A stretch of 64,000 bases of DNA, taken from contig CBDFKD010000002.1 in assembly GCA_965248695.1 (NCBI GenBank), forward strand, positions 1,152,001-1,216,000, in the 5' to 3' direction. Source of the DNA: Acidobacteriota bacterium (lineage in GTDB: Bacteria; Acidobacteriota; UBA890; WLXD01). Below, one piece after another: positions 29,667 to 40,288 of this stretch. The stretch's first letter is position 1. Every line of letters starts with the position of its first letter. A program made the translations under genes and the position numbers. The notes beneath the pieces are model-generated. The model was not told the origin of the DNA, did no database searches, and saw only the letters and a program-made list of their open reading frames with translations.

Positions 29667-31163
29667 TCAGAGATCCATCAACGCTTCGACGTCCGGGTCG
29701 AGCCTCGGCGCCGGCGACGCGAGCGAGATACCGAAGAACAGCAGCAGGGAAACCAGCAACGCCAGCGTGCCGCCGTGGATGTTGTGCGGCAGCGAGATGT
29801 TGAACAGCTCCACCGAGAAGTTGATCACCAGGCTCGTGGCGACGGCGACGTTGGCGGCCAGGGCGGTGGCGCGTTTCCAGTTGAACCCTACGGCCACCAC
29901 GGGCACCAGCGCCGCCCCGAACGTCCCCCAGCCGAAGGCGCCCAGGAGCGCTACCAGGCGCGCATTCTGGTAGTGCGAGTACAGCGCGAAGGCGGCGGCC
30001 ACCACGCCGATAATCACCGTCGCCGTCCGCGCCCAGAACAGCTCGTGCTGCAGCGATCGGCCGCGTAGCGCGACCGGGATGTCGTGCACGATGGCGGCGG
30101 CGCCGATGTTGAAGAATCCGTCTGCGGTCGACATGATGGCGGCGAACAACCCGGCGATGACGACACCGGCGAGCAGTGGGTGAGCGTAGGTCTGCAGGAA
30201 TTCGGGTGCAGCGGCGTCGGCGGTGGCGAGCTCCGGATGGGCTCCCTGCAGCACCAGGGCCCGCATCACCAGACCGATGCCGATCCACAACAGCGACGCC
30301 ACCATGTAGCCGAACACCGTGAGCGCCGGCACCCACCGGTAGTCGCGCAGCCGCTGGATCATCATGCTCTTGGTCAGCAGGTGCGGCTGGCCGGCGACGC
30401 CGACCACGAACATGAACATCCACGACATACAGCCGATGATCCCCAGCGTTCCCCATGGGCCGGCCGCTTCCCGGTCGTCGAGAGCGATCGTCTGCATGAC
30501 CTCGGTCGGCCCTCCGGGCAGCGCCACCCAGGCGGCGATGAATACCAGCACCGCGGCCACGATCATCACCGATCCCTGGAAGACGTCGGTGTAGACCGAG
30601 GCCAGGATTCCGCCGGTAACGCAATAGAACAGCAACACCGACAGCGACACGACGGCGCAGGTCACGAGGCTGACGTCAGCGAACGTCGCTGTGCCCTGGA
30701 GAATGCTCTGCAACACGGTGGCCATCGCCAGGATCTGCGTCGCCAGGTATCCCATCACACCGAGCAGGATCGCCAGCGCGGTGAGCAAACGGGTGGTTTC
30801 GTTGCCATAGCGAGCGGCGACGGCGTCGGGCAGCGACACCGTGTCGAAGAACCCGGCAAACATGCGCAGGCGCTTGGCGATCAGGAAGTCGTTGACTCCC
30901 CAGCCGGCGGCGGCCGTGAGCACGATCCAGATCGAGGCGATTCCCATCGAGTACACCAACCCAGGGCCGCCGACAAACCCGAACCCGCTCATCGTGCTGG
31001 AGAAGATCGCCAGACCGGTGACCACGATGCCGATGTCGCGCCCGGCCATGAAGAAGTCGCGTGTGGAGCGTGTGCGGCGCATCGCCCATAGGCCGACTCC
31101 GATGCAGGCGACCATGTAGGCGACCACGAACCCGAGCACGATCTCGGTACGCAGCGCCTCCAT
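29667..31163 (-). CDS. Sodium:solute symporter (PutP-like)
   Basis: DFFMAGR, MSGFGFVGGPG, VYTDVFQG, GQPH and AAIMSTADG motifs. Confidence 0.9.
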   Translation of the reverse strand: MEALRTEIVLGFVVAYMVACIGVGLWAMRRTRSTRDFFMAGRDIGIVVTGLAIFSSTMSGFGFVGGPGLVYSMGIASIWIVLTAAAGWGVNDFLIAKRLRMFAGFFDTVSLPDAVAARYGNETTRLLTALAILLGVMGYLATQILAMATVLQSILQGTATFADVSLVTCAVVSLSVLLFYCVTGGILASVYTDVFQGSVMIVAAVLVFIAAWVALPGGPTEVMQTIALDDREAAGPWGTLGIIGCMSWMFMFVVGVAGQPHLLTKSMMIQRLRDYRWVPALTVFGYMVASLLWIGIGLVMRALVLQGAHPELATADAAAPEFLQTYAHPLLAGVVIAGLFAAIMSTADGFFNIGAAAIVHDIPVALRGRSLQHELFWARTATVIIGVVAAAFALYSHYQNARLVALLGAFGWGTFGAALVPVVAVGFNWKRATALAANVAVATSLVINFSVELFNISLPHNIHGGTLALLVSLLLFFGISLASPAPRLDPDVEALMDL

Positions 31164-31705
31164 CAGCGGCGCGCCTCTACGCGTCGCGCGGATCTGCCGC
31201 GCTCGGCCAGGAGACGCTCGAAGGCTGCTTCATCCTCCGGCGTGTAGACCCAGCGATCGAAGCCGATCACGAAGGCGACCGTGAGGATCGTCGACAGCGG
31301 CCAGAAGCCCAGCATCACGAGCGCGGTCGAGATGTGCATCCCGAGCACGAGCACCGCCTGGGAGCCGGCCGCGTAGCTGCTGTAGGTAACGACGATCGCC
31401 GTCCACAGCAGGAGCAGAAAGGCTGTGCACCCGAGAAGCGTCGGCGCGAACCCTCGCAGCGAGCCGTTCTTGCGCACCCCGAGCGCCATGAGACCGGCGA
31501 AGATCAGCAGCTGGATCGCTCCGAACGCCCAGCCGAGTGTGAGGGTGTAGGCGTGTCGCGCGGCGCCGTCGCCGCCCGAGAACATCGCGCCGATGCGGGA
31601 GTGCGGAACGTGGCCGGCAATCTCGGAGCCCGGGGCGACGAGGATGCCGACCACTATCAGCGCCAGCACCAGCAGAAGCGCGAAGATCAGCTTGGCCGGG
31701 TTCAC
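31163..31705 (-). CDS. Hypothetical 4-TM membrane protein coupled to the symporter
   Basis: Four hydrophobic segments; stop overlaps the symporter start by 1 nt. Confidence 0.7.
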   Translation of the reverse strand: MNPAKLIFALLLVLALIVVGILVAPGSEIAGHVPHSRIGAMFSGGDGAARHAYTLTLGWAFGAIQLLIFAGLMALGVRKNGSLRGFAPTLLGCTAFLLLLWTAIVVTYSSYAAGSQAVLVLGMHISTALVMLGFWPLSTILTVAFVIGFDRWVYTPEDEAAFERLLAERGRSARRVEARR

Positions 31706-31814
31706 GTGTCGATGACCGTTTCGCCTCGAGAGTTGGCGCTAAGCTAGGCTGTTGAGTCGCGTGAGCGGCTACGGAGCATCACGGTTCGCCGAAGGACCGT
31801 CAACGGAGACGAAG

Positions 31815-32594
31815 GTGCCGACTCTACTCGATCTGGAGAACAAGCGGGTCGTGATCACCGCCGGCGCTGCCGGCATCGGTAGGACGGTCGCCGAGCGCTT
31901 CCTCGAGGCCGGGGCGCGGGTTCACATTTGCGATACCGATCAGGTTTCCCTGCAGGAAGCAGCTGCAACGCTCCCCGGTCTCGGCACCACGGTGGCCGAC
32001 GTCTCCGACCCGGAACAAGTGGAGCGCGTCTTCGCGGAAGCAGCGACGACGCTGGGCGGGCTCGACATCCTGGTAAACAACGCCGGCGTCGCCGGGCCGG
32101 TGGCGCCGGTCGAGGAGATCTCGGTTGAAGGCTGGCGCACGACGCTGGCGGTTAACCTCGACGGTGCGTTCCTCTGCGCACGACAGGCCGTACCATTCTT
32201 GAAAGCGGCCGGCGGTGGCTCCATCGTCAACATGTCGTCGACCGCTGGCCTCTTCGGATGTGCGCGGAGATCGCCTTACGTGGCGTCCAAGTGGGCCCTC
32301 ATCGGTTTCACCAAGACGCTGGCCATGGAGCTCGGGCCGCACCGGATTCGCGTTAATGCGATCTGCCCCGGGAGTGTCGAGGGAGAGCGTATCGAGCGGG
32401 TTCTCGCTGCCGAGGCGGCGGCGCAGGGGGTCTCGCCTGAATCCGTGCGCCAGGACTGGCAGGGTGCGATGTCGATGCGAGCCTTCGTGGCCCCGGACGA
32501 CATCGCCGCGATGATCCTGTTCGTCTGCTCCGACGCCGGCAGCATGGTCTCTGGCCAGGCGTTGGCCGTGGACGGACATACCGAGGGCATGTAG
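31815..32594 (+). CDS. SDR-family oxidoreductase
   Basis: TAGAAGIG, NNAG, YVASK and VNAICPG motifs. Confidence 0.92.
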   Translation: MPTLLDLENKRVVITAGAAGIGRTVAERFLEAGARVHICDTDQVSLQEAAATLPGLGTTVADVSDPEQVERVFAEAATTLGGLDILVNNAGVAGPVAPVEEISVEGWRTTLAVNLDGAFLCARQAVPFLKAAGGGSIVNMSSTAGLFGCARRSPYVASKWALIGFTKTLAMELGPHRIRVNAICPGSVEGERIERVLAAEAAAQGVSPESVRQDWQGAMSMRAFVAPDDIAAMILFVCSDAGSMVSGQALAVDGHTEGM

Positions 32595-32659
32595 CCGGCG
32601 TCTGCGACGCTTGATGCGCCCGGATGGCCGCTTGATGACTCGGGAACGACGGGCGTCCG

Positions 32660-35047
32660 CTAGTCCTGTCGGCTCGCCGATTGTGTGAGCACAAAGGCGC
32701 TACGGCCGTGTGTGAACGCCGCGACCCCGAGCTCGTTCGCCTGCAGGTCGAACACCGCCACGTTGGGCATGCCCTGATCCGGGCCATGGAAGGACCACTC
32801 GGCGCCGCGAGCGTTGTCGATCTGCTCCCACAGGCCAATGTCGGAGCCGACCCAAGCTTTTGGCGCATTGCCCGGCTGGATGACGATGGTATTCATCGGC
32901 AGGTTCACCGGCGGGCTCACATCCTTCCACACCGGCTTGCCCTTGTTTGCGTTGGTTGTGCGGAACACATGGCCGGGGTCCCCGGGCGTGAATTCCTCAA
33001 AGCCGGACAGCGTCACCCACAGCATGTTCTTGTCGTCGGGATCAAATGCGATATCGGTGACAGATCGCCGCGGGACCTGCTTGCGCTTGTCGGCATTGTT
33101 CCATTTCTTGCCGCCGTTCTTGGTGTAGTAAACCTCACCGAAGGCGGTGCCCATGGCGATGGTGTTGCACTTCGGGTCTGAAGGCGCGAACGCGAGCGCC
33201 CTCACGGTGTCGCCGGCGCTCAACTTCGGACCCTGGTCCTTCCAGGTAGCGGTAGCGCCGCTGAAGAAGTTGGTCGACTTCCAGACACGGTCGGTGCCTG
33301 CCACGAACACGTCATCGTCCTGGGCGCACTTGGCGAAGACGCTGATGAACGGCGCGGCGTCGGTGTTTATTCCGGTGTTCTCGAGAGTGCCCGTCTGGCC
33401 GCCGTCCAGCGTGCGCACCAGGAAGAGGTTCTGGGACGAGACCAACCAGTGATCGGGGTTGCTTGCCGACACCTCCGTATCGGCGCCATCGCCGCCAAAG
33501 ACAGCACTCCAGGCGTCGCCGGCTGCACGCTTGTTGCCCGCATCCCGCACGCTGGTGCCATTGTCCTGGGCGCCGCCTAGCATGAAATCCAGCGAATCCT
33601 CGCGGATCGCCCCATGGTAGAACTGCGTCAGCGTCAGGTTGTCGTTGAGTGACTTCCATTTCTTGCCGTTCTTGGAGCTGAAGACGCCACCGTCGTTGCC
33701 CGAGATCAGCGTCTTGCCGGCGAAGGCCAGCGCGTGCACGTCGACGTGCCCCGGCAACACCAGCGTCCACTTCTTTCCGGTCAGCTTCCACAGGTAGATG
33801 CCGCCGGCCCAGAGGACATTGGACTTCTTGGGATCGACCAGCAGCACGTGGTCGTACCAGCATTGAGAGCCGCAATAGGTGTCCTCACCGTGCCCGTCGC
33901 CCAGTGCGGGCACGGCGATCTCCTCGAAGCTCGGCACCCTGGCACCGTCGCGAGCGCTGGCGTTCGTGGTCTTGAATAGACCCAGGAGGCCACTAGTGTC
34001 CTTGTCCTGTATGCCGACGTAGAGCACGTCGCCGTCGGAGGGAGCGATCGCCAGCTCGACCCGACCTACCGAAGCGTCGTTCCACGGTCCACTGAGCTTC
34101 GTCCACGTCAGGCCGCCATCCGTGGATCGGTAGACGCCGTTCTCGGCCGCGCCAAATGTGTTTCCTGCTGCTGCGTACTGGGTATTGAAGTCCTTCGGAT
34201 CGACGACCAGGTGGGACGCTTGCGCCGCAAGCGTGAGCACCCAGGTGACGCCGCCGTCCGTGCTCTTGTACACGCCGGAACCGGCCTTGGCCGCTTGTTG
34301 CGCGTTGCCGAACTGCGTGTTGGCCAGCATGACGGTGTCGGGGTCCCGCGGGTGGACGACGATAGTGCTGCTGCTCGTTCCGTTCAGGTCGGTCGTGTTG
34401 ATGAGCTTCCACGTATTGCCGCCGTTAGTGCTCTTGTAGACGCCGACGCCCGCGTAGGCATCGCCCGAGAACACCGCCTCGCCCGAGGCCGCGTAGATGA
34501 CCTTGGTATTGCTCGGCGCGTAGGCAATGGCGCCGAACGCCAGCGTTGCAAGATCATCACCGGCCGATTTCCATGTCTTGCCGTTGTTCTTCGAAAGGTG
34601 CAGCCCACCCTGGGCTGCGCCGATGACCATCTCCTTGCTCTTCCTGGGATTCACGGCCACGGCCGCTACCCTGCCGCTGATCGAAGCCTTGTCAGTAAAG
34701 GCGTCAGCGAATCGGTTCTCGAGCGGCGACGGGCCAACGCTCTTCCAGTTGGCGGCGCCGCGGCGTTGCGGAAACGCTGCTTCGTAGGCGGCGATGTCAC
34801 GCACCGCGCGTGTTCTCGCATCGGAGGGAATGTAGCCGCCGGGATAGGCGCGCTGCTCGTACGCCCACACGGCGCGCTGCCACGCCTTGCTGGTGCGCAT
34901 GTTTTCCGTTACCTGATTCTCCGCCTGTGAGAAGGCCGACTGGTACCCGCCGAATGTCGGCACGGCGGTGGCCAGCGTCACAAGCGTGACGGTGAAGGCG
35001 AACGGAATCCGGACTCTACTTGTGGGACCGGAACGGGATGTGCTCAT
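32660..35047 (-). CDS. Secreted BNR/Asp-box (VPS10/GH74-like) beta-propeller protein
   Basis: Signal peptide; repeated S.DGG.TW boxes; SGRV, HVDVH, GNDGG and GGAQDNG motifs. Confidence 0.85.
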   Translation of the reverse strand: MSTSRSGPTSRVRIPFAFTVTLVTLATAVPTFGGYQSAFSQAENQVTENMRTSKAWQRAVWAYEQRAYPGGYIPSDARTRAVRDIAAYEAAFPQRRGAANWKSVGPSPLENRFADAFTDKASISGRVAAVAVNPRKSKEMVIGAAQGGLHLSKNNGKTWKSAGDDLATLAFGAIAYAPSNTKVIYAASGEAVFSGDAYAGVGVYKSTNGGNTWKLINTTDLNGTSSSTIVVHPRDPDTVMLANTQFGNAQQAAKAGSGVYKSTDGGVTWVLTLAAQASHLVVDPKDFNTQYAAAGNTFGAAENGVYRSTDGGLTWTKLSGPWNDASVGRVELAIAPSDGDVLYVGIQDKDTSGLLGLFKTTNASARDGARVPSFEEIAVPALGDGHGEDTYCGSQCWYDHVLLVDPKKSNVLWAGGIYLWKLTGKKWTLVLPGHVDVHALAFAGKTLISGNDGGVFSSKNGKKWKSLNDNLTLTQFYHGAIREDSLDFMLGGAQDNGTSVRDAGNKRAAGDAWSAVFGGDGADTEVSASNPDHWLVSSQNLFLVRTLDGGQTGTLENTGINTDAAPFISVFAKCAQDDDVFVAGTDRVWKSTNFFSGATATWKDQGPKLSAGDTVRALAFAPSDPKCNTIAMGTAFGEVYYTKNGGKKWNNADKRKQVPRRSVTDIAFDPDDKNMLWVTLSGFEEFTPGDPGHVFRTTNANKGKPVWKDVSPPVNLPMNTIVIQPGNAPKAWVGSDIGLWEQIDNARGAEWSFHGPDQGMPNVAVFDLQANELGVAAFTHGRSAFVLTQSASRQD

Positions 35048-35559
35048 TGGTTACCTCCGGCTCGTCCTTGTGGTTCGGTGTCGGCTTCGGCCATGCCGTG
35101 CAGCCACCAGCGAGTTCCCTCGCTACTGCCGAGGAGCTCCAGCTCGACCTCGACGGCCTGACCTATGAGCTCAGGCGGTGGCGGGGTCGCTGTGAGCGCG
35201 TCGATTGTGGAGTCGGGGATGCACATGTTGTCCAAGTTGTCGCCCACACCCGTAACGCTATCGATGCGGATTCGCAGGCTCACGAGACGCTCGGCGTCCG
35301 GCTCGGGGAGGCGCAAGCGTAGGGTTGATGCATCCGGCCCGTCCGTCGCGGAGATCAGGAAGGCCTGCGCCACACAGCGGTTCGGTGGTACCTGGGCCGG
35401 AGCCGGCGGACTCTGCCGCGGTTGGGCATCGCTGTTTGCTTGCGCCGCCTGTACCGTCCCGCCAGACGCGGCGTCTCTTGCTTCGTCCGCGATAGTGCAG
35501 GCGCCGACCAGGAGCGCGGGGCCCACAGCAACCAACGGCGCGATTCGGATTCCGCTCAC
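35044..35559 (-). CDS. Hypothetical lipoprotein
   Basis: Lipobox LVGAC; 4-nt overlap with the propeller gene start. Confidence 0.6.
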   Translation of the reverse strand: MSGIRIAPLVAVGPALLVGACTIADEARDAASGGTVQAAQANSDAQPRQSPPAPAQVPPNRCVAQAFLISATDGPDASTLRLRLPEPDAERLVSLRIRIDSVTGVGDNLDNMCIPDSTIDALTATPPPPELIGQAVEVELELLGSSEGTRWWLHGMAEADTEPQGRAGGNQ

Positions 35560-35632
35560 TTCTTCCCAGGTTCAACGTGGAGCACGGATCCTAGGCTTCG
35601 CTATGGACCGGGCGCAAGGGATTGCGCTAGCG

Positions 35633-36628
35633 CTACAGGTCTACCAGCACCTTGCCGTAGGCTCCACCCTCGACAGCCTCGTGAGCAGCGACGATCTCGT
35701 CGAGCGCGAATCGCGGGCCCAGATGGTGCTTCAGCTGTCCGGCGGCGAGCCAGCGCGAGATATCGGCTACGGCGCGCTCCTTGGCCTCCTCGGGCATACC
35801 GAACACGAGGACGTGATGCACGGTCACGTTCTTGTACACCAGCGCGTAGAACGGAACCGCGGGTTCGGGGTGCGCCTGCGACGCGTAGGTGGCGATGATG
35901 CCGTTGTTCTTCACCACCGCGGTGGCGGCGGCGAGATTGCCGCCGAACTCCACCTCGACGACGCGATCGACCCCGTCCTCGCCGGCTAGCTCGTTGATGC
36001 TCGCCGCCACGTCTGCGGTTCGATAGTTGATCACATGATCGGCACCGCCTTGGAGGGCGAGCTCCGCCTTGTCGTCGTTGCTGACGGTGGCAATGACCGT
36101 GGCGCCATCGAGCTTGGCGAACTGCACCGCGTAATGGCCCACTGCTCCGGCCCCACCGGTCACCAGCACCGTCTGTCCGGAAACCGACCCGTCGGCGAAC
36201 ACGCACCGGTGCGCGGTGATCGCCGGGATACCGAGGCACGCGCCTGCATCGAGTCCCGCGGCCTCTGGCAGAGCTACGGCGCAGTCGGCAGCGACCACGG
36301 CGAGCTCGGCCGCGGTGCCGAATGCCCGCCCCCACTGCGCCTCGTATACCCAGACGCGCTCGCCGACGCGCGCCGAGTCGACGCCGTCGCCGTCGCCAAC
36401 CGATTCGATGGTGCCGGCGCCGTCGAAGTGCGGCACCACGCGATCCCCGTCGCCGGCGCCGCGTCCGCCGAGACGGCGTTTCACGTCCACCGGATTCACC
36501 CCGGAGACGGCGATCCGGACCCGCACCTCGCCAGCGCCTGGCCGTGGCATCTCGACCTCGCCGACCGAAAGTACTTCCGCGGCGGGGCCGAAACGGTCGA
36601 ACCAGGCGGCACGCATGGTCTCTGACAT
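35633..36628 (-). CDS. NADPH:quinone reductase (MDR/zeta-crystallin family)
   Basis: SGVNPVD, GGAGAVG and GKVLV motifs. Confidence 0.92.
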   Translation of the reverse strand: MSETMRAAWFDRFGPAAEVLSVGEVEMPRPGAGEVRVRIAVSGVNPVDVKRRLGGRGAGDGDRVVPHFDGAGTIESVGDGDGVDSARVGERVWVYEAQWGRAFGTAAELAVVAADCAVALPEAAGLDAGACLGIPAITAHRCVFADGSVSGQTVLVTGGAGAVGHYAVQFAKLDGATVIATVSNDDKAELALQGGADHVINYRTADVAASINELAGEDGVDRVVEVEFGGNLAAATAVVKNNGIIATYASQAHPEPAVPFYALVYKNVTVHHVLVFGMPEEAKERAVADISRWLAAGQLKHHLGPRFALDEIVAAHEAVEGGAYGKVLVDL

Positions 36629-36634
36629 GGCCCG

Positions 36635-38281
36635 CTACTCCCGGCTGCCGGCGGTTTCGGCAGCGCGTTCAGCCTTGGCGCGCCTCACCATCTCGCGTAC
36701 GTCGGCGCGTAGCTGCTCGCCGTCGTAGACGATGCCGTCCTTGATCGTGTACTTAACGCCGCCGACGCGGGCCACCGAGCCGTCGTCCATCAGCTTCACG
36801 GCGCCGGTGCCGTAGAGAACCTTCAGGTTCTCCAGCGGGTTCTCTTCCACGAGGATCATGTCGGCCAGGTAGCCGCGACGCACGATGCCGACCTTGAGGT
36901 GGTCGGCCTCGGCGCGCGGCTTGTTGATCTCCATCGCCGAGTGCATCGTCGCCGCCCGGATGACCTCCAACGGGTGGAATCCTGCCTCCTGCAGCAGCTC
37001 CAGCTCCCAGATGTAACCGAACCCGTACAGCTGGTAAATGAAGCCGCTGTCGGAGCCGGTGGTCACTATGCCGCCGCGATCTTTGTACTCATCGAGAAAC
37101 TGCATCCACACGCGGTAGAAGTTCTTCCAGGCGATCTCGTCCCAGCTCGTCCAGTAGAACCAGTAGGAGCCGTGCGCCTGGCGCGACGGCTGGTAGAAGT
37201 CCCACTGTGACGGCAGCGTGTACTCCGCATGCCAGTCAGCGTTGCGTGCCCGCATAACGTCGCGGCCAGCGGAGTAGATCGTCATTGTCGGGTTGATGTA
37301 AAAGTCCAGGTCTAGCATCTCCTGCATGACCGCGTTCCACTTCTCGCCGCCCGGGTTGACCAGCTCCCATTGCCGCGCCACCTGGCCGAAACGATGCTGC
37401 TCGTTGGAGTAGTTGTAGTCGACCGGGTACGGCTGCAGGCTGTGGTCTTCATACATCGCCTCGAACAGACCGTAGTAGTGGGTGATGGAATCGAGGCCGA
37501 GCCGGGCCGAGTCGAGCGCGTTCATTTCCCCCACGCCCGTCTGCGCCAGGTGCGCTGTCGAGCCCATGCCGTGCTTGTGGGCCTCGTCAATCAGCGCCTC
37601 CATGATGTCCGGCGACGAGGAGCCTAGCTTGAGGCCGTCGGCGCCCCTCTGGGCGGCGTACTGAACCCATTCGCGCGCCGAATCGGGATCGTCGACCCTG
37701 GGTCCCTGATAGTCGGCTCCGGAGCCGGGCCGTACGAACGACACCATTCGTGGCGCCACGATCTCGTTGTTGTCGGAGCGCTCGCGCTCGTGCAGCGAGA
37801 ACTCGAAGTTGCCGTGCCCGACTCCACGTGAGGTGGTGATTCCGTGCGCCAGCCAGAGCTTGTAGGAGTACTCCGAAGCCGGAGCCTTGGTGCTGCCGCC
37901 GGTATGAACATGTAGGTCGATGAACCCCGGCAGAAGGTACATGCCGGAGGCGTCAATCTCGTGATCGGCATCACCCGGACGCCGGTTCTCGTCGATCGGC
38001 AAGCCCGGATAGCCGACGTTGCTTACCTGGGCAATTCGGTTCCCTTCGACCACCACGTCCACCGGCCCCATCGGCGGACCGCCGGTGCCGTCGATGAGCG
38101 TGGCGCCACGGATGATCAGCCGGTCGAAGGGGCCGACCCCCTCATCGGATCTTCGATCCGGGGCTGGAATCATGCCGCCGAAACCGTCGTCCTGGGCTCC
38201 GCCGTCAAGCGGCGCCGAGAGCATCACGGCGAGCGAGAGCATCAGGACGCTGACGAGGGGGCGACGCCGTACGGTGTTCAT
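36635..38281 (-). CDS. Secreted amidohydrolase-family protein
   Basis: Signal peptide; PGFIDLHVH, GSDSG and ADMILVEENPL motifs. Confidence 0.88.
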   Translation of the reverse strand: MNTVRRRPLVSVLMLSLAVMLSAPLDGGAQDDGFGGMIPAPDRRSDEGVGPFDRLIIRGATLIDGTGGPPMGPVDVVVEGNRIAQVSNVGYPGLPIDENRRPGDADHEIDASGMYLLPGFIDLHVHTGGSTKAPASEYSYKLWLAHGITTSRGVGHGNFEFSLHERERSDNNEIVAPRMVSFVRPGSGADYQGPRVDDPDSAREWVQYAAQRGADGLKLGSSSPDIMEALIDEAHKHGMGSTAHLAQTGVGEMNALDSARLGLDSITHYYGLFEAMYEDHSLQPYPVDYNYSNEQHRFGQVARQWELVNPGGEKWNAVMQEMLDLDFYINPTMTIYSAGRDVMRARNADWHAEYTLPSQWDFYQPSRQAHGSYWFYWTSWDEIAWKNFYRVWMQFLDEYKDRGGIVTTGSDSGFIYQLYGFGYIWELELLQEAGFHPLEVIRAATMHSAMEINKPRAEADHLKVGIVRRGYLADMILVEENPLENLKVLYGTGAVKLMDDGSVARVGGVKYTIKDGIVYDGEQLRADVREMVRRAKAERAAETAGSRE

Positions 38282-38570
38282 GTGAGCTCCGAGATTCTGG
38301 ACGCGGGAGCGCTCCGCCGAGGGTGCGGGGCGGCAGCGTCGTTCGAGCGACCGGGCGCGCTAACTCTACTTAGGCGCCGAGTAGGAGACAAACGTCGGCA
38401 GCTGACCGCGGGATCTGCCGCGGCCGGATCGCGCCTGCCGAATCGTGGCTACGGCACCTTTGACCATCCGCCGGGAGCGCGCATACCATCCCGCCGTCCT
38501 CGAGATCGGAAGGGAGGCCGCGTCGGCGCTCTTGTGCGATCGTGCCGCCGCGCAAACAGGAGAGAGAGCG

Positions 38571-38990
38571 ATGAACGGAATCAACACCGGCAAGCTGCTC
38601 ATCAGCGGCATCGTCGCCGGCATCGTCATCACCGTAAGTCAGCTGGTGCTCAACGTCGTCGTCCTCGGCGGCGCACAGGACGCCGCCCTCGAGGCTCTGG
38701 GCGTCGAGCCTGTGGGTGGTTCCCAGATAGGGATGTTCGTCGTGATGACGTTCGTGGCCGCCGGTACGATGATGTGGCTGTATGCGAGCCTGCGGGATCG
38801 TCTCGGGGCCGGCCCCAGGACGGCCGCCTGCGCCGGCGTCGTCGTGTGGGTGCTCTACTATCTCCAGGGAATCAGCAACTTCTGGATCCTGGGAATGACG
38901 GGGACGGAGCTGGTGGTTCCGGCGCTGATTTGGGGGCTGATCGAACTACCCGTAGCGGCGATCGCAGGAGCGTACTTCTACAGCGACTAG
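38571..38990 (+). CDS. Hypothetical 4-TM membrane protein
   Basis: RBS AGGAG; four hydrophobic helices. Confidence 0.7.
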   Translation: MNGINTGKLLISGIVAGIVITVSQLVLNVVVLGGAQDAALEALGVEPVGGSQIGMFVVMTFVAAGTMMWLYASLRDRLGAGPRTAACAGVVVWVLYYLQGISNFWILGMTGTELVVPALIWGLIELPVAAIAGAYFYSD

Positions 38991-39097
38991 CGCCTGAAGC
39001 GGACATCCCCGGTGAGCTCCGGGGGCGTCAGAATCGACTGGGGTGAGTGCTTGGCCGTGGCCGTGAGCCAGGGCCGTGTCCACTTGAGGTACTGGCG

Positions 39098-39937
39098 ATG
39101 AAGAGACGGTTGTGCGTCGGGGGCGCTGGGGCCGTTCTGGGGCTGGTCTTGGCGGCGCCGCCAGTGGTCGGGCAACAGACCTCGCCGTCGGTCGTCGGGC
39201 AGCAGACGTTGCCGGTCGGCGGCGAACAGACTTCGCCGGTGGCCAACACCGCGTCCGCAGCTACTGGCGACGGGCGGCGCACGCTGGCGCGGCTACCGCA
39301 GAACCTCGGCCGGGGCATCGTCGGGGTGTTCTCGTTCGACTCCCTCCTCCCGGTGCTTGTCGGTGCCGCTGCCACCGGGGCGGCGCGCGGGTTCGACGAC
39401 CACGTGGCGTTTCCCGACGGTGCCAACAGCGACTTCGGCGAAATCGGCAACAGCTTCGGCAACCCCTTCTTCGTGGCCGCGGCGGCGACCGGCCTGTTGC
39501 TCGGTGGGCGCGCGGCCAACAGCGGCAGCTTCCGTGATGCGAGCTACGATCTCTTCACCGCCACCGCGGTGAACTTCCTCTACACCGAGGCGCTCAAGCG
39601 ATCGATCGATCGAACGCGCCCCAATCGGGCCGACAACAAGTCGTTCCCCTCCGGCCACACCTCGAATGCATTCACCTGGGCGACGGTGATCGATCACCAC
39701 TTCGGCAAGAAGCTGGGCCTGCCGATGTACGCTTTCGCGACCCTGGTGGCGGGATCGCGGATCCATCGCGGCAGCCATTTTCTCAGTGATGTGGTGGCCG
39801 GTGCCGCCGTCGGCTTCATCACCGGTCGTTCAGTGGTGCGCACCGCGGGCGAGCCAACCGACGAGAACCGGATGACCCTTGTGCCCGTCGTTGGCCCGCG
39901 GGGTCAGCGGGGCATGGTGGTGGTGGTTGCCTTCTAG
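39098..39937 (+). CDS. PAP2-family phosphatase
   Basis: K....R.RP, SFPSGH and SR....HFLSDV..G motifs. Confidence 0.88.
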   Translation: MKRRLCVGGAGAVLGLVLAAPPVVGQQTSPSVVGQQTLPVGGEQTSPVANTASAATGDGRRTLARLPQNLGRGIVGVFSFDSLLPVLVGAAATGAARGFDDHVAFPDGANSDFGEIGNSFGNPFFVAAAATGLLLGGRAANSGSFRDASYDLFTATAVNFLYTEALKRSIDRTRPNRADNKSFPSGHTSNAFTWATVIDHHFGKKLGLPMYAFATLVAGSRIHRGSHFLSDVVAGAAVGFITGRSVVRTAGEPTDENRMTLVPVVGPRGQRGMVVVVAF

Positions 39938-40288
39938 TGGCCGGCCGCCTCTCCGAACAGCCGCCGTGCCGTGGGCGCGGACAGCGCCGCCAGCGAGATA
40001 GGTACGGGATACGTAGCCGGCGCTGGCAACGAACGAGCGCGCCCGCGACCTCCAGTCGTCGAGGGTCGGCAGAGCGACGCCGGTACGTGCTCCGGTCGAC
40101 GTCGTCTCGTGCAGGGCTACCAGTGTTGCCGGCTCAGCGTAGGGCAACGGCCGCCAGAGCACGGTGTTCATGGCCGAGAACATCGCCGTAACAAGGCCGG
40201 TTCCCAGTGCGAGTACGACCACTGCGATGGTACTGGACCCCGGACGTGTCGTCAGTAGCCGCAACGGTATCGGCAGACGGTGGCTCAT
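39934..40288 (-). pseudogene. 5' fragment of an ADOP permease
   Basis: LALGTGLVTAMFS..NTVLWRPLPYAEP..LV matches the N-terminus of 19865-22525; similarity is lost after about 95 aa. Confidence 0.75.
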
